From the NCBI GenBank assembly GCA_951406725.2, contig OX597814.1, forward strand, positions 213,466,001-213,530,000: a stretch of DNA of 64,000 nucleotides, given 5' to 3'. The notes beneath the pieces were generated by a model. That model was not told where the DNA came from, searched no databases, and was given only the letters and a program-made list of their open reading frames with translations. The position numbers and the translations under genes were made by a program. Of the stretch, positions 13,568 to 26,630 are shown in pieces. Source of the stretch: Octopus vulgaris (Eukaryota). Positions within the stretch are counted from its first letter, which is position 1. Every line of letters begins with the position of its first letter.

Positions 13568-13855
13568 GTCGATTTTTAAACATCAATTTCTCAGCTTATG
13601 TGAACGATTGGAGAGCAGCATTGCTCTACATCGTCCCCTTTTGGCCACTCCAATATCACCCCAGTTTTCTTCAAGGCCCTCCTCCTGGATCTTACATCTG
13701 CCCTCGTGGGTGCGGTACCACCAACTTTGGGAACAATAGATCCAAAGGAAGTTAAACTGCCAAATGGTGCTAAATCGGGTGTCGAATTATGTCTACACCC
13801 AAACATGGCTAAGGTGGGATATGAACTCATAAGGCAAAGAGCCGAAGCAAATACG
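13568..13855 (+). other. Candidate exon of an unidentified transcript
   Basis: ttttcag|G acceptor and ACG|gtaagg donor around GC-elevated sequence not repeated in the window; every frame has a stop, but one frame is open over the last ~84 codons with aaacATGG at 13805. Confidence 0.25.
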
Positions 13856-14057
13856 GTAAGGCCTCCGGTTCCAATTTCATGCCTTTAAACCACTCTAATC
13901 TTTTGTAATGGTACATTTCATCGAATCCTAAAGAAAGAAAAGAAAGGTTGCCCTCATGAGGATTTGAACTCAAAGCGCAGAAATTCGTAACAAAAACTAC
14001 AGTGCATTTTATTCGATGCTCTAACAACTCTACATACTTAAGGGTAAATCTATTAAT

Positions 14058-14637
14058 GGTTTCAAATTTTGCGACAAGTACAGCAATTATGGGGAAGAAG
14101 ATGAGTCGATTACATCGACCTCCGTGCTCAAGTGATAGTTATTTTATCGACTCCTAAATGATGAAAGGTAAAGTCGACCTCGGCAGAATTTGAATTCAGA
14201 ACGTAGCAACAGACGAAATACCTATTTCTTTACTACCCACAAGGGGCTAAACACAGAGGGGACAAACAAGGACAGACAAAAGGATTAAGTCGATTACATC
14301 GACCCCAGTGCGTAACTGGTACTTAATTTATCGACCCAGAAAGGATAAAAGGCAAAGTCGACCTCGGCGGAATTTGAACTCAGAACGTAGCAACGGACGA
14401 AATACCTATTTCTCTACTACCCACAAAGGGCTAAGCACAGAGGGGACTAACAAGGACATACAAAAGTATTAAGTCGATTACATCGACCTCAGTGCGTAAC
14501 TGGTACTTAATTTATCAACCCTGAAAGGATGAAAGGCAAAGTCGACCTCGGCGGAATTTGAACTCAGAACGTAGCGACAGACGAAATACCACTAAGCATT
14601 TCGTCCAATACGTTAACAATTCTGTCAGCTTGCCGCT
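14058..14637 (-). mobile_element. SINE family A concatemer (one head, three bodies)
   Basis: Junctions gaaatacc|tatttct at 14222/14223 and 14406/14407; period 184 bp; the terminal unit carries a different tail. Confidence 0.9.
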
Positions 14638-16944
14638 TTTTGGGTAAATCTAACAATGAAACTTCTGTTGGTAACCTAAAAATAAATCCTGCATTTATTT
14701 CGTGTTGTTTAATTTCGTCAAACATTTTAATGATTAATTTTTCACTTCATATCCCTTCATTATCCCCTCTTAGTTTCATTTCCATTCGTTTTCGCTTGTT
14801 TCTCTCTTTCATTTAAAACTTTTTCTGAGGCAAACATTTCGAGGAAGAACTATGGCTTATTCCGAAAGGCTTTGCGGATTAATTCTTAATTTACATGTTG
14901 TTTCCTGCGTCTGTTTTGTATATGTTTGTTTATTTATTAATTTAAAAAAATTAAATAACGAACTAAAGCAATTCATGGCTAATAACAAAATTGTGGTTAA
15001 TTTCTGTATCATGGATAGGGACTGTCAAAAAGTTCCGGACTAAACCTTTAAAATTTGCTAATTTTTAGAATAAATAGATATTAAATTCAAGCGCATAAAG
15101 TCAGGCCAATGTAAAATGCAAGCTGATGCCAGATAATTATTATACATTGGTTTATAATAGCTCACTGTTGATCAATACTGAAGCCTAGTGCGTTTGATCG
15201 ATTTCCTTTGTTGTCTTGCTGCCTTCATTATACAGAAATATTTTATGAGCAATTTTTATGTACAAATTTTTATGTACAAATTTTAGAGGGATGCCTTTAT
15301 TGTGATATGATGTAACTATGTTTCCGAAAGGAAGAAAAACTGGTCATCAGAAAGGAACTACAATAGAACTTTGACAGTGTTTTGCCTTTCTATCGAAATT
15401 TTAGTTGCCTTACCGTTGTGTTTCATATTTTGAAAAATGCCAAGAATACGTGAGCATTCTAGAACGACGATTTATGAATAAACAGAGTGATTTTGTTGAA
15501 AAGTAAGCATTTTATGAAGAGCGCAAAAGAAATATTCTAGAACTGAAGAAGAAAATTAAAATGTTTGACGAAGGAAATTATTATTTAAAGAAAATCTTTA
15601 CTGATGAAGAATTTATGAAAGATACATTCTTAAATATTACTGTGCTTTTATTTTCCGACTTTAACATAAAATATTATATAATTAATATGTTGCAGTATGT
15701 TCCTCTCTTGGCAAAAACTATCAAAGAAAGAGATACTGATATGGTTGCAAATAAATAAACATTGAAAAACATTGAAAACAGTAATATTTTTTTTTTTAGA
15801 AACTTTTGCGAAAGAAAACATAATATCAGTAAAAGACATTCACTGTAAACACTGAAACCATACAAAATAGTTTTAGTAAAAGATTTACAGATTTTCGAAA
15901 ATAAAGCAACTTTAACTTTCTATACAGCACAAATTGGTAATGAAATAACGAAAATAATCTGTTACCAGAGATGAGTCAATCTGATCTACAGATGAAAATA
16001 GCCAATATAACTGATAAGGAATTGTGAGAATGAGAATTAATGAGGATAAACATAGAGACATCTATAAATGTACTGGAATTCAAACGATTACTTTGCGAGA
16101 CAAACTAATATTTGAAACTTAGAATTTAATTCTGGACAACTTTAGAAACAGAAACATCAAAATAAAATGCCGTTCAGTCTTATATTGATTTTCGAACCGG
16201 CCTACTTGTGCAAGCAATTTTTTCTCTTTCTTTTCACAAATGAATTCATTTAAATGAATTTAATGATATCAAAGTACTGCATAAAGTTATCTAACCAAAG
16301 CCGTCAATCTTGACTGAAAGCATAAATATAAACGACGACCTCATGATATAGACTTTGATGCAATTACAGAGAAGTTTCTAAAGTAAATCTCACGTTGCCC
16401 GGGAAAAGAAATTATCTAAATTTATGCTTTCTAGTATGTTTTTGTTTAGAATAAAGTATGCCGCTCCGAAAGATCTACTTATTTTTCTATTTATTTATCT
16501 ATCTATCAATCTATTTTTAGCTAACTCCGCCTCTTCAGTTCGAAAAGATTCCAACTTCTGCTTTTCTGAATGCAGTATGCAAAGTTAGGATGTTCATAAT
16601 TTTGAAATCGTTATACGGGTTAAATTATTGAAATACGTTCAGTTAATGTCTGAAACTGCACTCATGTCACATTCTGCTCTTTGGCCATCCTGATTGGCTG
16701 CAAAGCATTTATAAGATTTGTATAATTTCCATCAACTCATCACTTCTGTCTGCATTTCCAGGCACATTGCTTCACTGTTAATGTTTTAATTTTAGATGTT
16801 CTGTAGAGACAAAAGAAGTCTATTGCATAAAAGTAATGGACGTTTTCCCATGTTTAATTGTATTTGAAAGCAGTTTACGTAATAAAATGGAACATATACC
16901 AGGATTTATTGGGAATCAAAAACCTAATTACAGGAATTTATACT

Positions 16945-17328
16945 TGGAAGCACTCCGTCGGTTACGACGATGAGGGTTCCGGTTGATCCGAATCAACAGA
17001 ACAGCCTGCTCGTGAAATTAACGTGTAAGTGGCTGAGCACTCCACAGACACGTGCACCCTTAACGTAGTTCTCGGGGATATTCAGCGTGACACAGAGAGT
17101 GACAAGGCCGGCCCCTTGTAATACAGGTACAACAGAAACAGGAAGCAAGAGTGAGAGAATGTTGTGGTGAAAGAGTACAGCAGGGATCACCACCATCCCC
17201 TGCCGGAGCGTCGTGGAGCTTTTAGGTGTTTTCGCTCAATAAACACTCACAACGCCCGGTCTGGGAATCGAAACCGCGATCCTATGACCGCGAGTCCGCT
17301 GCCCTAACCACTGGGCCATTGCGCCTCC
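16945..17328 (-). mobile_element. SINE family B, full length, alternative tail
   Basis: tRNA-like head with A/B boxes; 14-bp TSD acaggaatttatac (16930-16943 and 17329-17342); nearly identical to 58917-59299. Confidence 0.92.
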
Positions 17329-18286
17329 ACAGGAATTTATACAGCGAGGAAAAGACAACTTGAGCTCAATTTAAAATATTATTTTAAACATTTCATTAAT
17401 AAAAGTCGGGAGAAAACTTCAGACGTATTTCGTGCTAATTTAAAATCGCCAAAGAAGCATAGACACCGTCGTGTTTAACGAATTAGTAATATGAGTATTT
17501 CGAAGCAGGTGTACAAGAATAGAAAAGGAAAATTAACATATTTGAAAAAAATAAAACACTGACATTGATTACAGAGGGACGTCATCTGCTAGAAAATCAA
17601 TAAGTAAGTGTTAACATGCTTAATGAAATGATCATTAAAAATTCTAATTAGAAATATTAGAATATTACGTACGTGATGTAGAAACGGTAACATTTTCCGA
17701 ATGACTAATATTATTATCATGTGCAAGATAGACCGCTCCTAACATGAATAATTAACCTAACAGAAATGCAACGGAGTACTTTAGTATCCTAAGGGAAATT
17801 TGTACCTCGCCATCACACTACTGTGCGAAGAAAAGTTAAGCTGATGAGACAGTTTCATATTTTCTTTTCAGGATTTCATGAAGACATGTCATCTTCTGCA
17901 ATCCCTAAACATCTTCACATAGTAGAATAATCTGTAAAATGGAGACTAGTTGTTTTGTTACGGTGACTGACTATAGTATATAACAATAGTATATTTACGA
18001 CTACTTTTATTACCAAGCTTCTCACGTGATGGAAATTTAAATACTAAACGTTTTCAATAATTACATTTACCTTGAAAAGTTAATGTTCAAGGTAAGTGAA
18101 AATAACTTCATAGTAACATATCTCAAAAATATAAGCACCCATTTTTGGAGCAAAATTGTGTGAATAGGATAAACACTGTTTGTTTTTTTTCTTTTGTAAA
18201 GTGTATTCACCCAATAACAGAATCATGTAGTACAGTACAAGATGCATTAGATATCAAGTTTTACGAACGCCATTTTTGCATATATA

Positions 18287-19894
18287 TCGGATTAGCCACA
18301 AAGTTCATTCGGTTTTTGTCGACACTAAATTTCAAGTACTCTAATAAGTAGCTAATCTCAGTCTTTCTTTTGCGCATGCGCACTTGTTAGATAGTTGCCT
18401 CTTCACGTAGTTCGACGTAAACTTGCGACGAGACAAGCTGTATTTCATGCGCTTGGGATCATCCCGAAAATGGACGGCCAAAGCGAACATTACTGACACC
18501 CGTGTTTTTATATTTAATTTTTTTTAAAAAAAAACAAGAAAGCGGTGAAACCTGCAGACGATATGCCCTGTGTAGGGAGAGGATGCTGGGGAAGACTTCA
18601 TCCCGTCCCCAGCCCCCATTTTCTCGCGAATTATTTTAAAAAATGTTTTTGCCAAAAACCCATATTTTCGGATACGGAGATTCTGGAAAATTGCAAAAAA
18701 TTAGAATTTTGAAATTTTTTGCCCTCCCTAATCCCCACCCCCAATTTCTTCCTTTTTCACTTTTTTCCGTAACCCTAACACCATAAAACCCTGAATTTGT
18801 GAAAAAAAAATTTTTCGAAATTCATTTTGTAAAGTTTTTTCAGAATCATAATCTCCGTATTTTTCTGCATATTTTGAAAAAAAATAATTGTGAAAAAATG
18901 TTTAATATGAAGAATTTAGGGGTGGGAGGGTGATTTCAAAATGCCGACTTTTGTCAATTTTTCGGCAGATTCGTATTCTCCGTTGCCGAAACGGGAGTTT
19001 GTGTAGAAAAATAATTGAATAAAGAAGGAGTGTTTTTTGGGGGGGTACAAAAGGAAGTCTTGCTGGATGCTGTTACGGAACACGTTTGTCAGAAGTGATT
19101 TTTAAGATTTCGTTTGGGTAATTTTTCAGTCCCTACTCTGGTCGGCTAACTGAAGTTAACAGTGAGAAAACGAAGGAGTTAGTTGACACCAATCGTCGTA
19201 GTACGATACTTTATTTTTTAAAGAGAGTAGTGACGAAAAATGAATAGTTTATAATAATGTGAAGCACAATCTTTGGGAAAGCGCGACGAATCACTACAAA
19301 GAACCTCCAAAGCAGGACTTCTCCCAAAGAAAGTTATACTTTCAGTTTGGTGGGACTGGAACGATGTTGTCTTTTACGAGCTTCTTCCTACACACAAGAC
19401 CATCAATTCAGATGTGTACTGTAATTGAACAAATTGAAGAAATGTGTAGTGTAATTGGACAGAATCGTTCAGCACATGTAATTGCAAGGGCGTTGTTTTT
19501 TATCATAATATTGCCAAATCGCACACTTCTTTGCAGACGCGGCCAAAGTTACTGAGTCTTGACTGGCATGTAGTTTGGCGTAAACTACATGCTAGCTTCC
19601 ATATATGTCCGGCACTGCGCCTTCGGATTTCTACCTGTTTCGGTCTCTTCAAAATTCTTTGGATGGGTGGACAGACCTTCAAATCTGAAGGGGATGTAAA
19701 ACTTCATCAGGAAGAGTTTTCTACCATTAAAGAGGAGATTCTTTGAGGAAGGAATAATAGATCAGTCCACAAGATAGCAGAAGATACTGGAACGAAACGG
19801 TGATTATATTACTGACTAAATAAATCGCTTTGTGCTTAAAATCTGTATCTTATTTTCGCTTAAAAGAAACGAACAGACTTTTGAGTCAACCCAA
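18287..19894 (+). pseudogene. mariner transposon, decayed, interrupted by a MITE
   Basis: TIR-like ends; V*GEDAVTEHVCQK*FLRFR restored across the insertion; DEK*IVYNNVK and APSDFYLFRSLQNSL motifs. Confidence 0.8.
18589..19064. mobile_element. MITE with 8-bp TSD (Merlin-like or hAT-like)
   Basis: TSD ggatgctg at 18581-18588 and 19065-19072; ends gggaagacttc / gaagtcttgct; subterminal inverted segments. Confidence 0.7.
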
Positions 19895-20066
19895 GGGTAT
19901 CTGCAGGCGTTGAAATGACAGATATATTTACTATGGAGCAATATTGTAAGTGTGAGTGCAATTATCGAAAACGTAGTTTGCAAAGACAATTAGAATATTT
20001 TAAGCAATCAATTGCTCGCTAATGCCTGCCTTTGCCTAGGATATTATTTGTAACTAGTTCATCGTG

Positions 20067-21225
20067 CAGTCGTGGCCCAAAGTTTGGATCAATTTTTAAA
20101 TGTGTACAATTCTATTTAAATTTATACATTGTATATATTTGGGTATCTGATATGAAAATTCTAATTTTCAAACCTATGTTCCAAACTTTTGACCAAGTAA
20201 TAATGTATTGCAAATGAAAAATAAAAGGCATCGGAGGGGCAATGCATACCCTGCGCGCAAACACATTTTTTCGCAAATTATAGTGTGGCTTATAATGCGT
20301 TTCTTATCCATGCTGATATTTCTTTATTACCCACCAGGGGCTACGAAGACCGACTTACATAACAAAACATGGGGGACATAGAACAATATGATTAAATTTA
20401 TGAGCAAATGAATATTAAAATGAAAAAATGATAATATGAAAGCGATGCTAATGCTGAACCATGCGCGTTGAAGAAGCTACTTATATTTCAACTGGTTTTC
20501 GTCAAAACGTTAAAATACGAGTTGGCAAAGGAATTTGAATGTTATTTTAGAAGGAATTAAAATTAAGAATAATTAACATAAAATGAAGATTCTGTAGTGA
20601 AATGCTAAAATACAAGTTGATAAAGAATATTAAAGGTTATTTTGGAAAGTTCGACATACAATTTGCATATGAGTAAAATTTGCATATGACTAAATAAATG
20701 GTTATTCAAATAATAATCATGATTATGAAAAAGAAAACGAACAAAATGAAATACTTATAGAAAATACTGCATAGAATTCGAGAAGTGTTTTGAACGTTTA
20801 TCAATGATGGCAGGTGAATTAAACTTACTGTAGTTCGTTGTACGATATAAAAAATATGACCATTTGTTAATCAAGAAATCAGTAAGTTCGATTTATTTAT
20901 TTATTATTTTTTTGTATTAGTATTATAGTTTTTTTCCGGTGAATTTTAGAAATCAATTCGTAAATAAACGAAACCCTGGAATCCATCATTGTACACACAA
21001 ATTCATACACACACAGAGTCGCATATCTATGTATGTATTTATGAATGTTTGAAGATAATCAAACCAAATGTTCATTATTTCATGCTACTCTCCCCATGAT
21101 TATTTCAGGTTACAATACCATGGTTTCACTAACGCGCACAGCCTAATTAAATATAGTTTTGGACATTTAATAAATAAAAAAAATCTAGTTTTCAGATTTG
21201 TATTCCAAACTTTTGGTCACGGCTG
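20067..21225. mobile_element. Possible Tc1-type non-autonomous element
   Basis: cagtcgtggcccaaagtttgga at 20067 is roughly inverse to tccaaacttttggtcacggctg ending 21225; a further similar end lies near 20200. Confidence 0.35.
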
Positions 21226-21249
21226 TATAACATATATTAATATTAACTT

Positions 21250-21615
21250 AACTGTTCAAATTCCGCCGCGGTCGTCTTTGCCTTTCACCCATGTTGGGGT
21301 CGATAAAATAAGTACCAGTCAAGGGTGTAAGTCTAATCGACTTACACCCTTCCTCGACCTTGCTGGCCTCGTGCCAAAATTTGAAACTGATATTAGCTTG
21401 ACTAAGGCGGCGAGCTGACAGAATCGTTAGTATACCGGGCGAAATGCTTAGTGGCATTTCGCATGTCTTTATGTCCCGAGTTCAAATTCCACCGAGGTCG
21501 ACTTTACTTTTCATCCTTTTGGGGTCGATAAAAATAAGTATCAGTTGAGCACTGGGATCGATTACATCACTCGCCGCCCCCGAAATTTCTGGCTTTGTGC
21601 CAAATTTTGAAATCA
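21250..21615 (+). mobile_element. Two adjacent SINE family A copies (older tail type)
   Basis: Core ttttcatccttttggggtcgataaaataagta and tail gtgccaaa(a)tttgaaa each occur twice. Confidence 0.8.
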
Positions 21616-21636
21616 GTATTAACTTTAACTAACTGT

Positions 21637-22025
21637 TTACTGTTTTACTTGTTTCAGTCATTTGACTGCGGCCATGCTGGAGCACCGCCTTTAGTCGAGC
21701 AAATCGACCCCGGGACTTATTCTTTGTAAGCCCAGTACTTATTCTATCGGTCTCTTTTGCCGAACCGATAGGTGACGGGGACGTAAACACACCAGCATCG
21801 GTTGTCAAGCAATGCTAGGGGGGCAAACACAGACACACAAACACATACATATACATAAACGACAGGCTTCTTTCAGTTTCCGTCTACCAAATCCACTCAC
21901 AAGGCATTGGTCAACCCGGGGCTATAGCAGAAGACACTTGCCCAAGATGCCACGCAGTGGGACTGAACCCGGAACCATGTGGCTGGTTAGCAAGCTACTT
22001 ACCACACAGCCACTCCTGCGCCTAT
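21637..22025 (-). mobile_element. SINE family C, full length
   Basis: Minus head ataggcgcaggagtggctgtgtggtaag...ggttcagtccc; ends gactgaaacaagtaaaa; closely similar to 57505-57921. Confidence 0.9.
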
Positions 22026-22204
22026 TGATTATACATGTAGATGGTATATTTAAATTACTTACGTAAAGGTATGCCTGTATAATACGTCATCAAATGTTTA
22101 GTTTTGTTCACTATACCGACAAGTACGGTGAAGTTAATCTTTTCGTGAGAATTAATGAGCTCGAAATATTCCCGAAGTTGTCTCCTGGTGTTGCCGCGAT
22201 GTTT

Positions 22205-22465
22205 GTAAAGGTAAAGGATCCCTTCGGTCATGAATGACCATGGGATTGCACCCAGACAGTTACCCTCCGTAGCACAAGTCTGGGAAAGGTTGCTTATGCA
22301 TACCAGCCTCCTTTCTCTACGCTACCGATGGTATTCAAGGGAAAGGCAAAGGCCGAGACAGCTTGACACGAGTGACGTCGTAAATGATTTCTACAGCTAA
22401 GTGAACTGGAGCAACGTAGAATAAAGTGTCTTGCTCAAGAATACAACACACAAACTGGTCCGGGA
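22205..22465 (-). mobile_element. SINE family D-related copy, head missing, (ACCTTT)-like tail
   Basis: Shares gtgaactggagcaacg...gctcaagaa with 11620-11660; ends cctttacctttac on minus. Confidence 0.6.
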
Positions 22466-22888
22466 CTGCCTTTCTTCTGGATAAGAACTAGCATCCGAAA
22501 CATCAAGATTCTCTTCCTTCTCTTTAAGCGTTAAACTAATACATTTATTCAAAGTTGTACCTTCCATTTTTTCATCTTACATACATACATACATATATAT
22601 ATATATATTTATATAATTTCAACAATATTAAGGAATGGCCCTGATAAGCCATTCGACTCACTAGAAAGAGCAGCCAAACTCAAACCGCTAAATAGTAGTA
22701 ATTCAGAAATCAAAGGAAAATTAAAAACATTTACCCTAATCATCCTTGGACAATGCATTGTTTCGACGTACTTTTTGGCAAACCAGCCTAATTAAATTAA
22801 ATTTAATTTAATCAAGTCAATCTACCACTGGCTCGTCTCATCGGCAAGGAAGCCAGGAGGAATAAACATTTATATATATATATATATA

Positions 22889-23182
22889 GTCCGGCGTGAG
22901 GGATGTCATCGTAGAATATACACGCAGCAAGTTTAGATGGGCTGGACGCGTCGCCCGGCTTACCGATAATCGGTGGGCCCGCGCAGTTGTCAAGTGGTAC
23001 CCACGCGAGCGGAAACGACCACTTAGAAGGTCTCCACGACGGTGGAGTTACGATTTTCAGGAGGGCGATTGGGATCACGTGGATGAGAAAGGCGCGATCC
23101 AGAGAGGGGTGGACAGCGTGCTGTGACCAGCGATGTCAAATGGACGCCCGACGGACTGGTCAGTCAAGGTGATCAAGGTGAT
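22889..23182 (+). mobile_element. RTE-clade LINE 3' end in (TA)n
   Basis: KFRWAGRVARLTDNRWARAVVKWYPRERKRPLRRSPRRW, typical of the RTE C-terminus; tail (caaggtgat)2; TA repeats on both flanks. Confidence 0.85.
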
Positions 23183-23540
23183 ATATGTATATATACGAGA
23201 GAGAGAGAGAAAGCTGTCATTTATTTGTTCACAGCTAACTAAATTGTCGTTGTTTAGTTCCAGAACAATTCTACTTCAACAGACCTATCATGGAAGTTCT
23301 GAAATAGATCATTTTATTTCATTTTTACTTTAAAAAATCATTGCCTTATCCATCGTTTAATTAACGTGGTAGGATGTGATTTGAGAGAGATGTGGTTGCT
23401 ATTTTTAGCTTTCAAGTTACTATCAAGAAACGTCATTGTTACTCTCTCTCTCTCTCTCTCTCTCTTACTTTTCCATTCCATCAGAGAATTAGTTTATGTA
23501 AAAGAGGGTGTGAGGGAATGAATTCTGTTTCAACTCTTCA

Positions 23541-23879
23541 GAGTGTGTGTGTCCGTGTGTTATCCACGCGCATCGAAGCGGCGATTTCACTTGAGAGAGT
23601 TCTCGGTCGAGTGCACGAGTCGAAAGAGTTATGCGGCCGGTCGATTGCCGGGGAGTAAGTCTGAGTTACGACGAAGACCACGAGTGTGTGTGTCCGTGTG
23701 TTATCCACGCGCATCGAAGCGGCGATTTCACTTGAGAGAGTTCTCGGTCGAGTGCACGAGTCGAAAGAGTTATGCGGCCGGTCGATTGCCGGGGAGTAAG
23801 TCTGAGTTACGACGAAGACCACGAGTGTGTGTGTCCGTGTGTTATCCACGCGCATCGAAGCGGCGATTTCACTTGAGAG
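23541..23879. repeat. Perfect 141-bp CpG-rich tandem repeat, 2.4 copies
   Basis: gagtgtgtgtgtccgtgtg starts at 23541, 23682 and 23823; copies appear identical. Confidence 0.95.
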
Positions 23880-24689
23880 GGTGTGTTAGCTTAAGGAGAG
23901 GAAGCGCTTGAAAGTGTTTCGGTTACAGATTTTGATACACATACATAATCTATATTATAATATTGATTTCCTGAATACACTCTTCGGAAAGGTAATCAAT
24001 ATTACTTTTAACGTATTAACAAGAACCTGACAAAGAATACTATTACATCCAATTATCACATTGTTTAGATATTTATTAGAATTTGAGGAAGTAATTATGC
24101 GATTATACATTTTAAGAGAGCTCTGAGTATTATATATTCATTGAATGGTTTTATAGCAAACAGATCGCCCTTCGACACTAATTTTGTAATATTCCTGCTC
24201 TTGAAATACTTTTAATAATGCATGTAGTCAAAAGATTTGCGTAATCATTGAGGAAGGTATTTACTAAAGCTTGTCTATTTATGGCTTAAGGTGAATAATC
24301 TCAATGATTGTATCCAAGAGATTATTTGTAATAGCTTCATGTAATATGGACTCTAAGTATTCCGTGATGTAAATATTATATGCTACCGAAGAGGTAATAT
24401 ATATGGAATTATGTAACAGATATACGCTTATCTTCCATTTACTCTGTGGCTTTACTGAGGCAAATGCACCTAATTCTGTATATCTCCTAATTACATGTAA
24501 ATGATGCTACTACTTTGCATTCTGGTAAGAAAACTAACAAGTGGTGTGTATAGACGAACCATCTAACAATACTATTCCGTATAAAAATTCATGTTCCGTT
24601 TTGTGAAGATGGTTGAGTATTATTCTAACTTGTTGCAAGTATCTGTTGAAAGATATTAACAAGTTGAACCGAAATACTCAAAAAAATAC

Positions 24690-24902
24690 TGGTTTCAACT
24701 TTTGGTACAAGGCCTGCAATTTCGATGGAGGGTTAAGTCGGTTACATCGACTCCAGTGCTTAATTTGTACTTATTTTATCGATCTTGATAGTATCAAAAG
24801 CAAAGTAGACCTCAGCGGAATTTGAACTCAGAATGTAAAGACGGACGAAATGCCGCTAAGTACTTTGCCCGGCGTACTAACGATTCTGCCAGCTTGCCGC
24901 CT
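24690..24902 (-). mobile_element. SINE family A (older tail type)
   Basis: Head, core and tail match 21405-21615 in reverse. Confidence 0.8.
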
Positions 24903-25014
24903 CAAAATACTCTGAAATATTGACTTACGATCTGAATAGACGACTCTGTGTTACGTTAACTTTACAATTCATCTGGTTCGAAGCACCAGATTTGTATATC
25001 GAAAACAGTGATTG

Positions 25015-25101
<87 letters not shown>

Positions 25102-25465
25102 GAGGAGAAATCAAAAATTATATGCACTTTCGCCATAACATATCCTTATTATTGTCACACTTCCTTCTGCGCATATGGGGTCTTATTAAAATTGAATGAA
25201 GGCAAGGAAGATCAGTGACAGACGTTATTTCTCCAGTATATGATACAAGGGATTCCAATGACTAAGTAATGCCAGAGTAGTACTGCGAATAATAACACTC
25301 TTCTTCATTGGTAATATGATGATGTGTTGCATTATTATTAATATTACAAGGAAAGAGACTGTAATAGTGTGGTAAAGTAGAAAAGAGCCTGAGTAAATGT
25401 TTTGCGTCCTTTTGCGTTCTGATTTCACAACTCCCCAAAGGCGACTTTCCTTCTTGACAAATGTA

Positions 25466-26630
25466 CGAAGGTCGGCTGAAAAGTTCTGAGGTGGCCAAGA
25501 TACTTTCATGAAAGATGACCTAATGAGGTTTAGTTTTCAACATAGTTGCAATCCACGAACTTCTTCCATCGGCGTTGCAGTGTTTGGATCCCATTGTGGA
25601 GGAAGCTTTCATCCTGTCGGTCAAAATGTCATCATCACTGTGATATTGGTGCCCAGCAAAGTGTTTTCTCATGTTGGGGAATAGATGATAGTCAGGTGGG
25701 GCCAAATCAGGAGAATAATGAGGGTGATCAACCAGTTCAAATCCACAGTCATGCACAACAGCCATTTTGCGCTGGAGTAATGTTGTGTTGAAACAAGTCA
25801 GTTTTCTTGGGCGTTTGGTCTTAATAGCCTAATACTTTCCATTGATAGTATGGTCCTTTTGAAGATAGTCAATAAGCACAATGCCTTTTGCAACCGAAAA
25901 ACTGTTGTCATCACCTTCCCAGCAGATGAAAAGGCCTTGACCTACTGTCAGGAGGTCAGTTTCCACTGCATGGACTGTCTCTTTGTTACTGGTTCAAAGC
26001 GATGGATCCAACACTCTTCGTGGCTTGGCAAACGTTCAAGGAAACTAGCTGGATCTGTTTCAAACAATGTCAGATTTTCCTGTGATGTGATCAAATGTCA
26101 GAAGACGTGGCACTCACCGAGTAAAATCTTCGTCACACCAAATGTATTGTGCAAAATATTCTCAGGTCTGTCAAGGGATATTCTAATAGCACTACAAATT
26201 GATTTATAGTCAAACCCCTATCATCCATCGCTATGGGATGAACATGACCATTGCTTTCTTCACTAGTGGCTGTTGCAGGGCGACCAGACTTTGGATCATC
26301 TTCAACACTCTCCCTTTGCCTCTTAAATTCAGTTGCCCACTTTTGCACCGTTAATAAATTTGGAGCATCATCTCTTAATACAGCAACCATGCTAGCATGA
26401 ATGTCGTCGAAGGCTAAACACTTTTCTGCAGGTACTTGATAACACTGCGATACCAAGTTTTGTCCACTTTGAAGTTTTTTTTTTAACGATTAGATGTGAG
26501 TTTATTTAGAAAAAAAAACAAAAAACAATGCATGTATTACTATGAAGAGCTGAAATGAATGCATGCAAGATTTCACATCTCTAGCATCACTCGGTCATTG
26601 TTAGGGTGTGAACTTTTCAGCCCACTCTCA
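25466..26630 (-). pseudogene. mariner transposon, near full length, disabled
   Basis: TIRs cgaaggtcggctgaaaagttc / gaacttttcagcccactctca with TA flanks; TVQKWATEFKR...EDDPKSGRP and HPHYSPDLAPPDYHLF; frameshifts. Confidence 0.92.

Noticed and set aside
15500-15760. Lys/Glu-rich 65-aa ORF as a gene or viral remnant
   Set aside because: Short, AT-biased, with no recognisable motif or convincing splice sites.
17250-17328. tRNA genes at SINE heads (also ~7400, ~11700, ~21950, ~59230 and short heads near 6775 and 53800)
   Set aside because: A/B boxes are present but the sequences run into SINE bodies or are truncated; I could not see a complete cloverleaf.
23541-23879. CRISPR-like or repeat-protein gene interpretation
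   Set aside because: Units are contiguous and identical with no unique spacers, there are no cas genes, and the context is eukaryotic.
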